From: Eledone cirrhosa
Lineage: Eukaryota
Direction of reading: 5' to 3'
NCBI GenBank assembly: GCA_964016885.1
Contig: OZ024752.1
Location: 41,788,001 to 41,852,000 of the forward strand
Length of the DNA: 64,000 nucleotides
Positions 13,792-28,137 of the stretch are shown one piece after another. The notes below the pieces were generated by a model. The model saw only the letters and a list, made by a program, of their open reading frames with translations. It had not been told where the DNA came from and searched no databases. Made by a program: the position numbers and the translations under genes. Numbering within the stretch: position 1 is the first letter of the stretch; the number at the start of each line of letters is the position of its first letter.

Positions 13792-13837
13792 GACCCTCCT
13801 GACGAAGGCCAGTTAAGCCTGAAATGCATAGACGGTT
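13792..13837 (+). ncRNA. Type-I hammerhead ribozyme motif (family d)
   Basis: GACCCTC-CTGACGA-[AGGC cagttaa GCCT]-GAAA-TGCA-TA-GACGGTT; one stem-I mismatch. Confidence 0.8.
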
Positions 13838-13950
13838 GTCCCCCTTGCTTCTGCTGGACATCACCAGAGGGCGTTATTCCCCCCCCCCCCCACGGCTTCC
13901 TAAAACCGTATTTCTTTGGAGATACAAAATATTTATACATATTGTATAAT

Positions 13951-14296
13951 GGAGGCACATGGCTTAGTGGTTAGAGCATTGGCGTTGCAATCGAAAGGTT
14001 GTGAGTTCAATTCTCAGACTGGGTGATGTGTTGTTTCCTTGAGCAAGACACTTTATTTCACATTGCTCCAGTTTACTCAGCTGTAGAAATGAGATGATAG
14101 GGACAGGGTTCCCTATTATTCCACTGCAAAGTGGACGTGTAGGAGTCACGGCAAAAAAAGCACCCAGCACTCACTGTAAATGAGGTTGGTGTTAGGAAGG
14201 GCATCCAGCTGTAGAAATCAAGCCAGAATCAGTTCCCGTCCCACCCTTGCAAGCAGGGAAAAGCAGACGTAAAATGAAATGATGATGAAATGATGA
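13951..14296 (+). mobile_element. Full-length SINE family A
   Basis: tRNA head, CORE-like segment, RTE-derived body and tail; probable TSD ATTGTATAA. Confidence 0.9.
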
Positions 14297-14597
14297 TTGT
14301 ATAAAGCTATGCTTGAAGCGAAATCCTATTTCTTTTTTTTATATAAAACTAATAAAAACTCTTCATGATTCAAATATTAACACTTTTGTTATCATATTCC
14401 TAATAAAATACAGTGACAATGGGTCACAATTAATTTTGAAAATACTTTATTTATTGGCCCTGAAAGGATGAAAGGCAAAGCTGACTATGACAAGATTTGA
14501 ACTCAGAACACAGATGGCTGGAACAAATAACAATGGCTTTAATCTGACACTCTAACAACTCTGCCAAATCCTTCCTGATTCAATACCACATTTTTAA

Positions 14598-15131
14598 CCC
14601 TTTAGCATTTACATTACTCTATATTTACTTTTGTATTTTCATGGTAAAGGTTTTATTTCACATAATTATCTCGCATAATGTCAAAGCTATAAGATTTTGA
14701 TGTTATTTATTTTGAGAATAATATCTTAACCTTAGTATGAGTGGCCAATTATACCAGGTTTGAAAAGAAAGAGGTGAGAGAATTCTGGCCAGATACGGCC
14801 GGTTTAATTGCTAACAGGGTTAAACCGGCCATATCCGGCCAGAAGCCTCTCACCTCTTTCTGTTCAAACCTGCGGTAACCAGTCGCTCATACTGATGTTA
14901 AGATATTGTTCTCAAAATAAATAATATCATAATCTTGTAGATTCAATATTATGTGAGATAATGTAAGTTATAGTTGCTTTCTAAGGATTCAAACTATAAA
15001 CAGGAATTCACAATGTTTGTCACAAGTATGACAGGTGCAATGTGTCCGAACACGGTGAGATAATTATGTGAAATAAAGTGTTTACTGTGAAAATACAATA
15101 GTAAATATAGAGTAATGTAAATGCTAAATGG
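14598..15131. mobile_element. Two piggyBac-like MITE copies in opposite orientation
   Basis: TTAA-CCCTTTAGCATTTA...GGG-TTAA (14598-14819), then a reverse copy ending TAAATGCTAAATGG-TTAA. Confidence 0.8.
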
Positions 15132-15585
15132 TTAAAAATTCATTATTTACTATTTTCCATCAATTTGTTCATGTTGAAACTTGCAAAGCTGGGATAACTG
15201 TTGTGTTGAAACAAATGTATTTGCAGTGGAGTGTATTTCATATTAGTGACCACTGAGCCATGAAATGGTAACTGGAAGCTGGTTATATGTCATTCAATTA
15301 AACTGGTAGAATTTGGTGCCTTGCATAATAAAACATAAACAACACTATGGCTCTGGTAATAAGGTTTTCATTTTTAATTCTACATGAATGTGTGATTGTA
15401 TTTGTGTATATGTCAATGTAAAAATAATGATGTATATATGTGTATATATACATGCACCTTTGATGAGTTGTAGTGCACCTGAGCACTGTACACAATAATT
15501 TCATTATTATTATATGTATATGCACTGTGGATGTAATGTTGATGGTGTAGGGAAGAACAAAGGAGAGACACAAAATAAAAACCCC

Positions 15586-15627
15586 GTCACTGAGGAGGTC
15601 ACAGAATGTGTGACGAAAGAGCTTGAC
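15586..15627 (+). ncRNA. Hammerhead motif (family e), degenerate cleavage site
   Basis: GTCA-CTGAGGA-G[GTCACA gaatg TGTGAC]-GAAA-GAGC-T-TGAC; one T missing relative to the 51327 copy. Confidence 0.55.
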
Positions 15628-15749
15628 AATATATAAACAACCATCCGGTTATCGAACGAACCAACCAACCACCAGAAATTTATAATAAATTGAAGTGAAA
15701 ACCAACAGGTGCATGTGTTTTTATTGGCAGCTTGACCCTCCCAAAGTAT

Positions 15750-15787
<38 letters not shown>

Positions 15788-15881
15788 GAAGTAATTCTGT
15801 CGGAAAAGTCCAGGAAAAAAGAGTGCTCTATGTAGGTAACAGAGCTTAATAGTTATGTAATAAACAACATAAGGCAATTAT

Positions 15882-15940
15882 TTCATTTACCAGTGGTTTC
15901 TTAAAAGCAAAAACATTTTGTTTTCAATCATCAGAATGAA
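15882..15940 (-). ncRNA. Type-I hammerhead ribozyme motif (family a)
   Basis: Reverse complement reads TTCATT-CTGATGA-stem II-GAAA-CCACTGG-TA-AATGAA, with a perfect stem I. Confidence 0.85.
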
Positions 15941-16007
15941 AAAATCCTGGCGTATTTATTGACTTTGGATTTTAAAAACAAAAATGCAATCTATATATAT
16001 ATATATA

Positions 16008-16151
16008 GTGGATGTGTAGGTGCCACAGCAAAAAAAAGCACCCAGCACTCACTGTAAATGAGGTTGGTGTTAGGAAGGGCATCCAGCTGTAGAAATCAAG
16101 CCAGAATCAGTTCCCGTCCCACCCTTGCAAGCAGGGAAAAGTGGACGTAAA

Positions 16152-16180
<29 letters not shown>
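16008..16180 (+). mobile_element. 5'-truncated SINE family A
   Basis: Body and tail match 14130-14296. Confidence 0.85.
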
Positions 16181-16182
<2 letters not shown>

Positions 16183-16290
16183 GTATGTATGTATGTATGT
16201 AAAAGGCAAACAGAAATAAACAATACAAATGCTACAGTGTATGGAAGGAATATATTAGTTATAACACTTGAAATAGCAGGAAGAAGAGGG

Positions 16291-16326
16291 TCTTAACGTT
16301 TCAGACGCTAGTCCTTCATCAGAAGA
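16291..16326 (-). ncRNA. Minimal hammerhead motif (family f)
   Basis: Reverse complement reads TCTT-CTGATGA-A[GGAC tagc GTCT]-GAAA-CG-TT-AAGA. Confidence 0.65.
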
Positions 16327-16704
16327 AAGAATGAGGAATTAGAAAGAATGAGGTGACGGGCAGGACGAAATCGGGGGAAAAAAACTTTTTTTTAGAGAAA
16401 AGTAACAGGTCCATTTATGTTCCATTTATGTTGCCATCTCTTGGAAAACTGTTGATGCTGGTGTTTTGTAAATGATATACTTTTTTTAGATAAATGAATG
16501 ATGGAGTAGATCATTAACAGGAAGTGGTACAACCTATAGAAAGGTTATTACTAACAATACGAAACATGGACTTTAAGCTTTTCTTTCTATTTATTGTTTT
16601 ATTGTTTTGTTTTGAGCTTTTTTATTGGGAGGGAGAGTGCTTTTTTTTCTTATTTTATCTTTATTTGCTGACTTTCTCATATATTTTTGTTTTGTTTTTT
16701 TTTA

Positions 16705-16710
16705 TACATA

Positions 16711-16763
<53 letters not shown>

Positions 16764-16841
16764 TTCTTAATATATATATACATATTTATATATATATATA
16801 CATATATATATATACATATTTATTAATCAGTTATAATTTAA

Positions 16842-16872
<31 letters not shown>

Positions 16873-16883
16873 TACATATATAT

Positions 16884-16928
<45 letters not shown>

Positions 16929-16935
16929 TATATAC

Positions 16936-17003
<68 letters not shown>

Positions 17004-17007
17004 ATAC

Positions 17008-17038
<31 letters not shown>

Positions 17039-17051
17039 CATATATATATAC

Positions 17052-17120
<69 letters not shown>

Positions 17121-17121
17121 C

Positions 17122-17156
<35 letters not shown>

Positions 17157-17199
17157 CATATATATATACATATATATATATATATACATATATATATAC

Positions 17200-17275
<76 letters not shown>

Positions 17276-17315
17276 GTATATAAATATATATACATATACA
17301 TACATATACATATAC

Positions 17316-17381
<66 letters not shown>

Positions 17382-18712
17382 GTGTGTATTTACACATATA
17401 TCTACACAGAAACACACAGAGTTTCAGTTTAAAATGAGTGAACGAGGTAAAAAAAAATGTCAACTGCGTTTTCATCAAGACCTGACAACTGGTGGAATTT
17501 CCTGCCAATTTGTAGGAATTGGATTACATATGTGTGTGGCCTGCATGTGTGTGTGTGTGTGGGGGGTCTCTGTGTGTGGGGGGAGGGGGGTCTGTGTGTG
17601 GGGGGGTCTATGTGTGTATGTGTGTATGGGGAGGGTCTGTGTGTGGGGGGAGGGTCTGTGTGTGCGTGTTGGTCTGTGAGTGTGTGTATGAGAAAGAGAG
17701 AGAGACTGTGAGTGTGTGTATGAGAGAGAGAGACTGTGAGTGTGTATGTATGAGAGAGAGAGAGACTGTGAGTGTGTATATATGTATGAGAGAGAGAGAG
17801 AGAGACTGTGAGTGTGTATATATGTATGAGAGAGAGAGAGACTGTGAGTGTGTGTATGTGAGAGAGAGAGAGACTGTGAGTGTGTATGTATGAGAGAGAG
17901 AGACTGTGAGTGTGTGTATTTATGTATGAGAGAGAGAGAGAGACTGTGAGTGTGTATGTGTGTATGAGAGAGAGACTGTGAGTGTGTATGTATGAGAGAG
18001 AGACTGTGAGTGTGTATGTGTGTATGAGAGAGAGAGAGAGACTGTGAGTGTGTATGTATGAGAGAGAGAGAGACTGTGAGTGTGTGTATGAGAGAGAGAG
18101 ACTGAGTGTGTGTATGTATGTATGAGAGAGAGAGAGAGAGACTGTGAGTGTGTATGTGTGTATGAGAGAGAGACTGTGAGTGTGTATGTATGAGAGAGAG
18201 AGAGAGACTGTGTGTGTGTGTATGTATGAGAGAGAGAGACTGTGAGTGTGTATGTGTGTATGAGAGAGAGACTGTGAGTGTGTATGTATGAGAGAGAGAC
18301 TGTGAGTGTGTATGTGTGTATGAGAGAGAGAGAGAGACTGTGAGTGTGTGTGTATTTATGAGAGAGAGACTGTGAGTGTGTATGTATGAGAGAGAGAGAC
18401 TGTGAGTGTATGTATGAGAGATAGAGAGACTTTGAGTGTGTATGTATGAGAGAGAGAGAGACTGTGAGTGTATGTATGAGAGAGAGAGAGAGAGACTGTG
18501 AGTGTGTGTATGTGTGTATGAGAGAGAGAGAGAGACTGTGAGTGTGTATGTATGAGAGAGAGAGACTGTGAGTGTGTATGTGTGTATGAGAGAGAGACTG
18601 TGAGTGTGTGTATGTGTGTATGAGAGAGAGAGAGAGACTGTGAGTGTGTATGTGTGTATGAGAGAGAGACTGTGAGTGTGTGTATGAGAGAGAGACTGTG
18701 AGTGTGTGTATG
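16705..18712. repeat. (TA)n/TACA tract and GT/GA compound minisatellite
   Basis: Direct inspection. Confidence 0.9.
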
Positions 18713-18969
18713 TCAGTCCTTTTACCATTATTGGAACATCATTGCTTTTTTTTTTTGTGTGTCACTATATTTTATACTAGCATGGGTTTGATGAAAGTTT
18801 GTGAGGCAATGTTTCATGACCAGATGTCCTTCCTGATGCCAACCATTTCATTTTAGGTACCTCCTGTGGCACATAGCACCTATTATAAAAACCAGAGTAC
18901 ACAAAGTATATACATATAATATATATACATATATATATATATATACACACATATATATATATATATATA

Positions 18970-19163
18970 TAGGAACGAGTAAGACCCCGACGGCTGAGCT
19001 CAAGCCGTTTCGACGGCTAATTCTGGACAGAATTAGCCGTCGAAACAGCTTGAGCTCAGCCGTCGGGGTCCTACTTGTTCCTATTACCCACTCTACTACC
19101 CTAAGTATTGAGTACTTTGGTGCGTTATGGTCCACCTGGTTCCTTACCACATTTCCTTCGTTA
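18970..19163. mobile_element. Inverted-repeat Penelope-like relic between (TA)n tracts
   Basis: Hairpin 18970-19083 contains GCCGTC-GAAAC-AGC. Its tail 19085-19163 recurs in reverse at 63199-63270. Confidence 0.6.
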
Positions 19164-19673
19164 TATATATATATATATACACACACATATATATATATAT
19201 ATATACACACACATATATGTATATATATATATATATATATACACACACATATATATATACACACACATATACACACACACATATATATATATATACATAT
19301 ACACAAACATGTAAGAGTGGACAGAACATGGTCGAATGGTTAAGAAGTTTGTTTCCTCGTTCATTAGGTCACAGGTGCATGACATCTTGGGCAAGAGTCA
19401 TTTACCATAACCTCAGGTTGACCCTTGCCATGTGAGTGAAATTTGGTAGATAGAAACTGCTTGGAAGTCCAACAGGTGGACTGTACCTGTAATTCATAGA
19501 ACTAGCCCTGTCACATTCTGTATAATGCTGAATCTCCCTGAGAATTACATAAAGGGTACACTTGTTTGTGGAATGCTCAGCCACTTACATGTTATTTTCA
19601 TGAGCAGGCCATTTTGTTGATCAAACAACTGAAACACTCACCACCAAAACTAACAGAGGTTAATTCCACACTT

Positions 19674-20272
19674 ATGAATGAATGAATGAATGAATGAATA
19701 ATTGAATAAATGAATGAATGAATGAATGAATGAATGAATGAATGAATGAATGAATGAATGAATGAATGAATAAATGAATGAATGAATAAATGAATGAATG
19801 AATGAATGAATAAATGAATGAATAAATGAATAAATGAATAAATGAATGAATAAATGAATGAATGAATGAATAAATGAATGAATGAATGAATAAATGAATA
19901 AATGAATGAATGAATGAATGAATAAATGAATGAATGAATGAATGAATGAATGAATGAATAAATGAATGAATGAATGAATAAATGAATGAATGAATGAATG
20001 AATGAATGAATGAATAAATGAATGAATGAATGAATGAATGAATGAATGAATGAATGAATGAATGAATAAATGAATGAATAAATGAATAAATGAATAAATG
20101 AATGAATAAATGAATAAATGAATGAATGAATGAATAAATGAATGAATAAATGAATGAATGAATGAATAAATGAATGAATGAATGAATGAATGAATGAATG
20201 AATGAATAAATGAATGAATGAATGAATGAATGAATGAATGAATGAATGAATGAATGAATGAATGAATGAATG
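19674..20272. repeat. (AATG)n microsatellite
   Basis: Direct inspection. Confidence 0.95.
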
Positions 20273-20324
20273 GAGATATCTTGATTCATTCATACATACA
20301 TGCTTACACACATTCAGTATTCAA

Positions 20325-20528
20325 CCCTTTACCATTTACATTACTCTATATTTACTATTATATTTTCATGGTAAAGGCTTTACCTTACATAATATCGAAT
20401 GAGATTTTGATATTATTTATTTAGAGAACAATACCTTAACATCAGTATGAGTGGCCATTTACAGCCGGTTTGAACAGAAAGAGGTGAGAGAATTCTGGCC
20501 AGATATGGCTGGTTTAAATGCTAAAGGA
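20325..20528 (+). mobile_element. piggyBac-like MITE
   Basis: CCCTTTACCATTTA...TAAATGCTAAAGGA-TTAA. Confidence 0.8.
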
Positions 20529-20537
20529 TTAAAGAGT

Positions 20538-20929
20538 TCATACACATACATAATTATACACACACACACACATATATATATACATATATAAATTAAATAC
20601 ATGTACACATACATAATTATACACTCACACACATATATATATATATACATATATAAATTAAATACATGTACACATACATAATTATACACACACACACACA
20701 TATATATACATATATAAATTAAATACATGTACACATACATAATTATACACACACACACATATATATATACATATATAAATTAAATACATGTACACATACA
20801 TAATTATACACACACACACATATATATATACATATATAAATTAAATACATGTACACATACATAATTATACACACACACACATATATATATACATATATAA
20901 ATTAAATACATGTACACATACATAATTAT

Positions 20930-20960
<31 letters not shown>

Positions 20961-21183
20961 CATATATAAATTAAATACATGTAGACATACATAATTATAC
21001 ACACACACACACATATATATATATATACATATATAAATTAAATACATGTACACATACATAATTATACACACACACACACATATATATACATATATAAATT
21101 AAATACATGTACACATACATAATTATACACACACACACATATATATATACATATATAAATTAAATACATGTACACATACATAT
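20538..21183. repeat. ~60-bp minisatellite
   Basis: CATATATAAATTAAATACATGTACACATACATAATTATA(CA)n(TA)n repeated about 10 times. Confidence 0.9.
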
Positions 21184-21606
21184 AAAGTTTTTTGGGGTGG
21201 TTTTCACCACATAGTCAAAAGAAAGAGCTGTGTCCATGACCCTTTATATTTTGGTGTATCCGAGTCAACCGGGGACTAAAGTAGAAGATGCTTGCTCAAG
21301 GTGTCATGCAAGTGGAGTGAACTGTGAATATTGTTACAAAGCTAACCCCTTATCCACAGAGCCATCCATGTGGTGCCTATATTATAGACCAGTCAATTGA
21401 GTATAAGCCGAGGAATATATGATCCCAAAAATTGATGGTAAAATGGGAGCTTCCAACCTTTTTTTATAGCACAGACCGGCCTCATGCCAGACAATCTTTC
21501 CACGGACCGATAGTTGGACATATGTGTTACTTAAGGGCATTTTTTTTTATAAAGAGAGCAATAATAAAAAGAGCAATTTATTAAAGGGAAGAAGTATATT
21601 TTTTTT

Positions 21607-21846
21607 CTAAGGCGGGTAAAATTCCCGAGATCCATGGACGAGTTCTCTCCAGCGGTCTCTGTCCCTCATCATCGCTGCCATGTCCTGCGTCTCCAACAGA
21701 CCAGTGTCTGTTCTTAGGGTATCAACATACGTTAACCTTGGTCTTCCTCTTCTAGTGTGTCCATGTAGGGGCTCCCAAAGGAGCACTGAGTGCAATGTCA
21801 ACTCTGGATGTCGGTGAGCATGTCCAGCTAACCTCAGTCTCCTCTG
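21607..21846 (-). mobile_element. 3' end of a second RTE-group LINE
   Basis: ..RRLRLAGHAHRHPEL...LLWEP.HG..RRGRPRLTYVDTL..DTG...MRDRDRWR motifs. Confidence 0.85.
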
Positions 21847-21870
21847 AGTATATAAATATTGAATTTTTAA

Positions 21871-22322
21871 CCCTTTAGCATATAAACCAGCCGTATCCAG
21901 CCAAAATTCTCTCACCTCTTTCTGTTCAAACTGGCTGAAACCAGCCACTCATACTGATATTAACATATTGTTCTCAAAATAAATATCAAAATCTCATAGA
22001 TTCGATATAATGTGATATAATTGTGAGGTAAAGATTTTACTGCAAAAATACAATAATATATACAGAATAATGAAAATGCTAAAGGGTTAAACAAATCTTT
22101 TTAAATTAACCCTTTAGCATTCACGTTACTCTATATATACTATTGTATTTTCATGGTAAAAGCTTTATCTCACATAATTATCTCACATAATAACAGATCT
22201 ACGAGATTTTGAAAGTATCTATTTTGAGAAGAAAACCTTAACATCAGTTTGAGCGACCAGTTACAGCCAGTTTCAACAGAAAGAGGTAGAGAATTCTGGC
22301 CGGTTTTGGCCGGTTTGAACAT
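21871..22322. mobile_element. Two piggyBac-like MITEs (- then +), inside a probable hAT MITE (~21449-22445)
   Basis: TTAA-CCC...GGG-TTAA termini; outer hAT-like end GGTTGGGGACCTCTG at 22431-22445. Confidence 0.7.
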
Positions 22323-22604
22323 TTAAGTCCAATATTCAATTTATCTATTATATAATTTTAAACAAGTTAATTATTTCTTTGCAGCCTGGTAGCAAATGAT
22401 CCAATGAACAGTACCGATCTGCGACCCGGTGGTTGGGGACCTCTGTTTTAAGCAATTATTATAAACAATATAAATAAAACATAAATAAAACACTAATAAA
22501 AAATTAAAACCAAAATAAAACTCACAGTTGTTTAAAAATCAAAGTTGTTGGAAGTATTTCAACGGAAAGACAGCCGAGTGTTTTAAGTAATTAATAATAT
22601 TATG

Positions 22605-22793
22605 ACAGTATCGGTAGAGCGTCAGACACCATGCTTTGCAGCATAGAGTTATGGCCCTTTATGTTCTGAATTCAACAAATCCCGCCGAGGTTAACTTTGC
22701 CTTTACAGGGTCGATAAAATAAAGTACCAGTAATACACTGGGGAGGGGGGTGGGGGGTGAGTAATTCCTGGTCTTGTGCTTAAAGCAGAAACA
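22605..22793 (+). mobile_element. SINE family B
   Basis: Homologous to 8882-9066. Confidence 0.8.
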
Positions 22794-22859
22794 TAGTTAC
22801 AACAGGTCTGCAAAGTGACAGACTTGTGTATATAATAGGTATACTACAATAGCATCAGT

Positions 22860-22939
22860 CGGTAGTGGTAGTAGTAGTAGTGGTAGTGGTAGTAGTAGTG
22901 GTAGTAGTAGTAGTAGCAGTAGTACTAGTAGTAGTAGTG

Positions 22940-22982
<43 letters not shown>

Positions 22983-22991
22983 CAGTAGTAC

Positions 22992-23042
<51 letters not shown>

Positions 23043-23043
23043 C

Positions 23044-23081
<38 letters not shown>

Positions 23082-23090
23082 CAGTAGTAC

Positions 23091-23135
<45 letters not shown>

Positions 23136-23562
23136 CAGTAGTACTAGCAGTCGTAGTAGTAGTAGTAGTAGTAGTAGTAGCAGTAGCAGTAGCAGTAGTA
23201 GCAGTCGTAGTAGTAGTAGTAGTAGTAGTAGCAGCAGTAGTAGTAGCAGTAACAGTAGCAGTAGTAGTAGTAGTAGTAGCAGCAGTAGTAGTAGTAGCAG
23301 TAGTAGTAGTAGTAGTAGCAGCAGTAGTAGCAGTAACAGTAGCAGTAGCAGCAGCAGCAGTAGTAGTAGCAGCAGCAGCAGCAGTAGCAGTAGCAGTAGC
23401 AGCAGTCGTAGTACATCCACCAGTACCAGTACCAGTTGTATATCCAAGTGTACCTATAAATTTGTGGTGGACACACACACACACATGTTAACAAGGCTGT
23501 TTGCTTTATATATATATATATGTGTGTGTATGTATATATATATGTATATATATGTATATGTG

Positions 23563-23601
<39 letters not shown>

Positions 23602-23760
23602 ATGTGTATGTATGTATATATATGTATGTATATGTGTATGTATGTATATGTGTATGTATGTATATATATGTATGTATATGTTTATGTATATATGTATGTA
23701 TGTATATGTGTATGTATGTATATATATGTATGTATATATGTATGTATATATGTATATATG

Positions 23761-23795
<35 letters not shown>

Positions 23796-24360
23796 ATATA
23801 TGAGCGTTAGTGTATATGTATGTATGTATATATATGTATGTATATATGTATATATCTGTATATATATGTATGTATATATGTATGTATATATGTATATATG
23901 TGTATGTATATATGTGTATATATGTATATATGTATGTATATATGTGTATATATGAGCGTTAGTGTATATATATGTATCTATATGTGTATATATGAGCGTT
24001 AGTGTATATGTATGTATGTAGTTTGTTGAAAGGACAGCTGAGTTGTGAAAGAGAGTGCCAGGACCAGGCAGTCTGTCATATGCTGTGTGATGTGGATGTC
24101 ACATGACGGGGGGGGGGGGGTGATGGTGATGGTGGTGATGGTGATGGTGATAGCTGTGGTGATGGTGATGGTTGTGGTGGTGATGGTGATGGTGATAGTG
24201 GTGATGGTGATGGTGATGGCTGTGGTGATGATGATAGTGATGATAGTGGTGATGGTGATGGCTGTGGTGATGGTGATGGTGATGGCTGTGGTGATGGTGA
24301 TGGTGATGGCTGTGGTGGTAGTTGTGATGGTGATAGCTGTGGTTGTTATAGTGATGGCTG
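22860..24360. repeat. (AGT/AGC)n, (TA/TG)n and (TGA/TGG)n microsatellite block
   Basis: Direct inspection. Confidence 0.9.
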
Positions 24361-24511
24361 TGTACATAGGAACAGGGAATATATATATATACATATATGA
24401 TGATGATGATGATATATAATATATATATATATACACACACACACACGAATCTAACTATGTATATATGGGTGTATATGGGTGCGGGTATATATGTGTGTGT
24501 GTAAGTGGGTG

Positions 24512-24564
<53 letters not shown>

Positions 24565-24751
24565 AAAGAGAGGGGGTAATATAAAAACAGAGAGAATGAG
24601 AAAGGCAGAGGTCAAGTTACACATAGTTGGGTGGGTGTGTGGGTGTGTGTGTGGGTGTGGGGGGTGGGGGTGCAGATGTGATATGAAAGAGAATGGTTGG
24701 TAGAGAGAGAAAGACAGACAGACAGACAGTCATAGTGAGGGAGTAGAGGCT

Positions 24752-24833
<82 letters not shown>

Positions 24834-25424
24834 AATATATCATACACAAATGCACATATATATATTATACACACATACACAGCTATTCTGCAGCTTAACA
24901 TGTATTGAGTACTACACAGATTAACAATCTTCTTAGTTTTCAAAGAGATCGGCAGATGGACAGATCAACAGATGGACAGATCAACAGATGGGTAGATAGA
25001 CAGATCAACAGATGGTTGGGTGGACAGATCAACAGATGGTTAGGTGGACAGATGGACAGATCAACAGATGGGTAGATAGACAGATCAACAGATGGTTAGA
25101 TACACAGATCAACAGATGGTTAGGTGGACAGATGGACAGATCAACAGATGGTTAGGTGGACAGATCAACAGATGGTTAGATACACAGATCAACAGATGGT
25201 TAGGTGGGCAGATCAATAGATGGGTAGATGGACAGATCAACAGATGGGTAGATAGACAGATCAACAGATGGACTGATCAATAGATGGACAGATTGGCAGA
25301 TGAACAAGGTATCTAACCAACACATTGTTTAGCTGGCGTATATAAGCCATAAGCTGAACCTCCAATTTTACAATAGATTTTTGGGATCACATATTCCTCG
25401 GCTTATTCTCAATTGGCTGCCATA

Positions 25425-27626
25425 GTACTAAATTCAGGCTATTTTATCAGGATATCACACACAGTGACCTACCAATCACTGTGACACCATATTTAAGGCT
25501 ATATCTTCAGGATATCACATAGTGACCTGCCAATCCCTATGACACCATATTTAAGGCTATATCTTCAGGATATCACACACAGTGACCTACCAATCACTAT
25601 GACACCATATTTAAGGCTATATCTTCAGGATATCACATAGTGACCTGCCAATCACTATGACACCATATTTAAGGCTATATCTTCAGGGATATCACACAGT
25701 GACCTACCAATCCCTATCCCACCATATTTGAGGCTATAACTTCAGGATATCACACCTACCAATCACCATGACACCATATTTGAGGCTATATCTTCAGGAT
25801 ATCACACAGTGACCTACTAATCCCTATGACACCATATTTAAGGCTATATTTTCAGGATATCACACAGTGACCTACCAATCACTATGACACCATATTTAAG
25901 ACTATATCTTCAGGATATCACACAGTGACCTACCAACCACTATGACACCATATTTAAGGCTATATCTTCAGGATATCACACAGTGACCTACCAATCACTG
26001 TGACACCATATTTAAGGCTATATCTTCAGGATATCACACTGTGACCTACCAATCACTGTGACACCATATTCAAGGCTATATCTTCAGGATATCACACAGT
26101 GACCTACTAATCACTGTGACACCATATTTAAGGCTATATCTTCAGGATATCCCAGACAGTGACCTACCAATCACTGTGACACCATATTTAAGGCTATATC
26201 TTCAGGATATCACACAGTGACCTACTAATCCCTATGACACCATATTTAAGGCTATATTTTCAGGATATCACACAGTGACCTACCAATCACTGTGACACCA
26301 TATTTAAGGCTATATCTTCAGGATATCACACAGTGACCTACCAATCACTGTGACACCATATTTAAGGCTATATCTTCAGGATATCCCAGACAGTGACCTA
26401 CCAATCACTATGACACCATATTTAAGGCTATATCTTCAGGATATCACACAGTGACCTACCAATCCCTATGACACCATATTTAAGGCTATATTTTCAGGAT
26501 ATCACACAGTGACCTACCAATCACTGTGACACCATATTTAAGGCTATATCTTCAGGATATCACATAGTGACCTGCCAATCCCTATGACACCATATTTAAG
26601 GCTATATCTTCAGGATATCACACAGTGACCTACCAACCACTATGACACCATATTTAAGGCTATATCTTCAGGATATCACACAGTGACCTACCAACCACTA
26701 TGACACCATATTTAAGGCTATATCTTCAGGATATCACACAGTGACCTACCAATCACTATGATACCATATTTAAGACTATATCTTCAGGATATCACACAGT
26801 GACCTACCAACCACTATGACACCATATTTAAGGCTATATCTTCAGGATATCACACAGTGACCTACCAATCACTATGACACCATATTTAAGGCTATATCTT
26901 CAGGATATCACACAGTGACCTACCAATCACTATGATACCATATTTAAGACTATATCTTCAGGATATCACACAGTGACCTACCAACCACTATGACACCATA
27001 TTTAAGGCTATATCTTCAGGATATCACACAGTGACCTACCAATCACTGTGACACCATATTTAAGGCTATATCTTCAGGATATCACACTGTGACCTACCAA
27101 TCACTGTGACACCATATTTAAGGCTATATCTTCAGGATATCACACTGTGACCTACCAATCACTGTGACACCATATTTAAGGCTATATCTTCAGGATATCA
27201 CATAGTGACCTACCAATCACTGTGACACCATATTTAAGGCTATATCTTCAGGATATCACACTGTGACCTACCAATCACTATGACACCGTATTTAAGGCTA
27301 TATCTTCAGGATATCACACAGTGACCTGCCAATCACTGTGACACCATATTTAAGGCTATATCTTCAGGATATCACACTGTGACCTACCAATCACTATGAC
27401 ACCGTATTTAAGGCTATATCTTCAGGATATCACACAGTGACCTGCCAATCACTGTGACACCATATTTAAGGCTATATCTTCAGGATATCACACTGTGACC
27501 TACCAATCACTATGACACCGTATTTAAGGCTATATCTTCAGGATATCACACAGTGACCTACCAACCACTGTGACACCATATTTAAGGCTATATCTTCAGG
27601 ATGTCCCAGACAGTGACCTGCCAATC
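25425..27626. repeat. 58-bp tandem satellite (~38 units)
   Basis: Unit GACACCATATTTAAGGCTATATCTTCAGGATATCACACAGTGACCTACCAATCACTAT. Confidence 0.95.
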
Positions 27627-28082
27627 ATATCATTTACTGAGCTATATTCCCAGTTAACTTTGGCAACCCATCATATGTGTATTTCATTAGAAATATAACA
27701 ACAAAAAGGTTTATCATCATCAAGACAATTTTGGCAATCGGATCTGTTAATTCCCTTCAGACCTTTCTCTATTTTGTTATTTCACTCAACTCTTCTAGTT
27801 TGTAGTTACGCCTCACAAACAGATAACAGGAGGAGAGGGTGGAGATTTTTATTTTTATTTTTTTTACTAGAACATTCTTTTGTTCATTTACTCTTTTTTT
27901 TTTTTATTCAGTTATTAGACTGTGGCAATTCTGGAGCAATTCCCCGAAGAAATTTAGTCAATTATATAAAATTCCAGTACTTATTTCTTTAAAAAAAGTC
28001 TGAATGGATATTTAGATTATCAATCTATATTTCTGCTAAGTTACAGGACATAAACAAACAGTAAATGTAACCACACATACAC

Positions 28083-28137
<55 letters not shown>

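Noticed and set aside
13951-14025. tRNA genes at SINE heads
   Set aside because: Acceptor and anticodon stems do not pair, and the heads run into SINE bodies in many copies.
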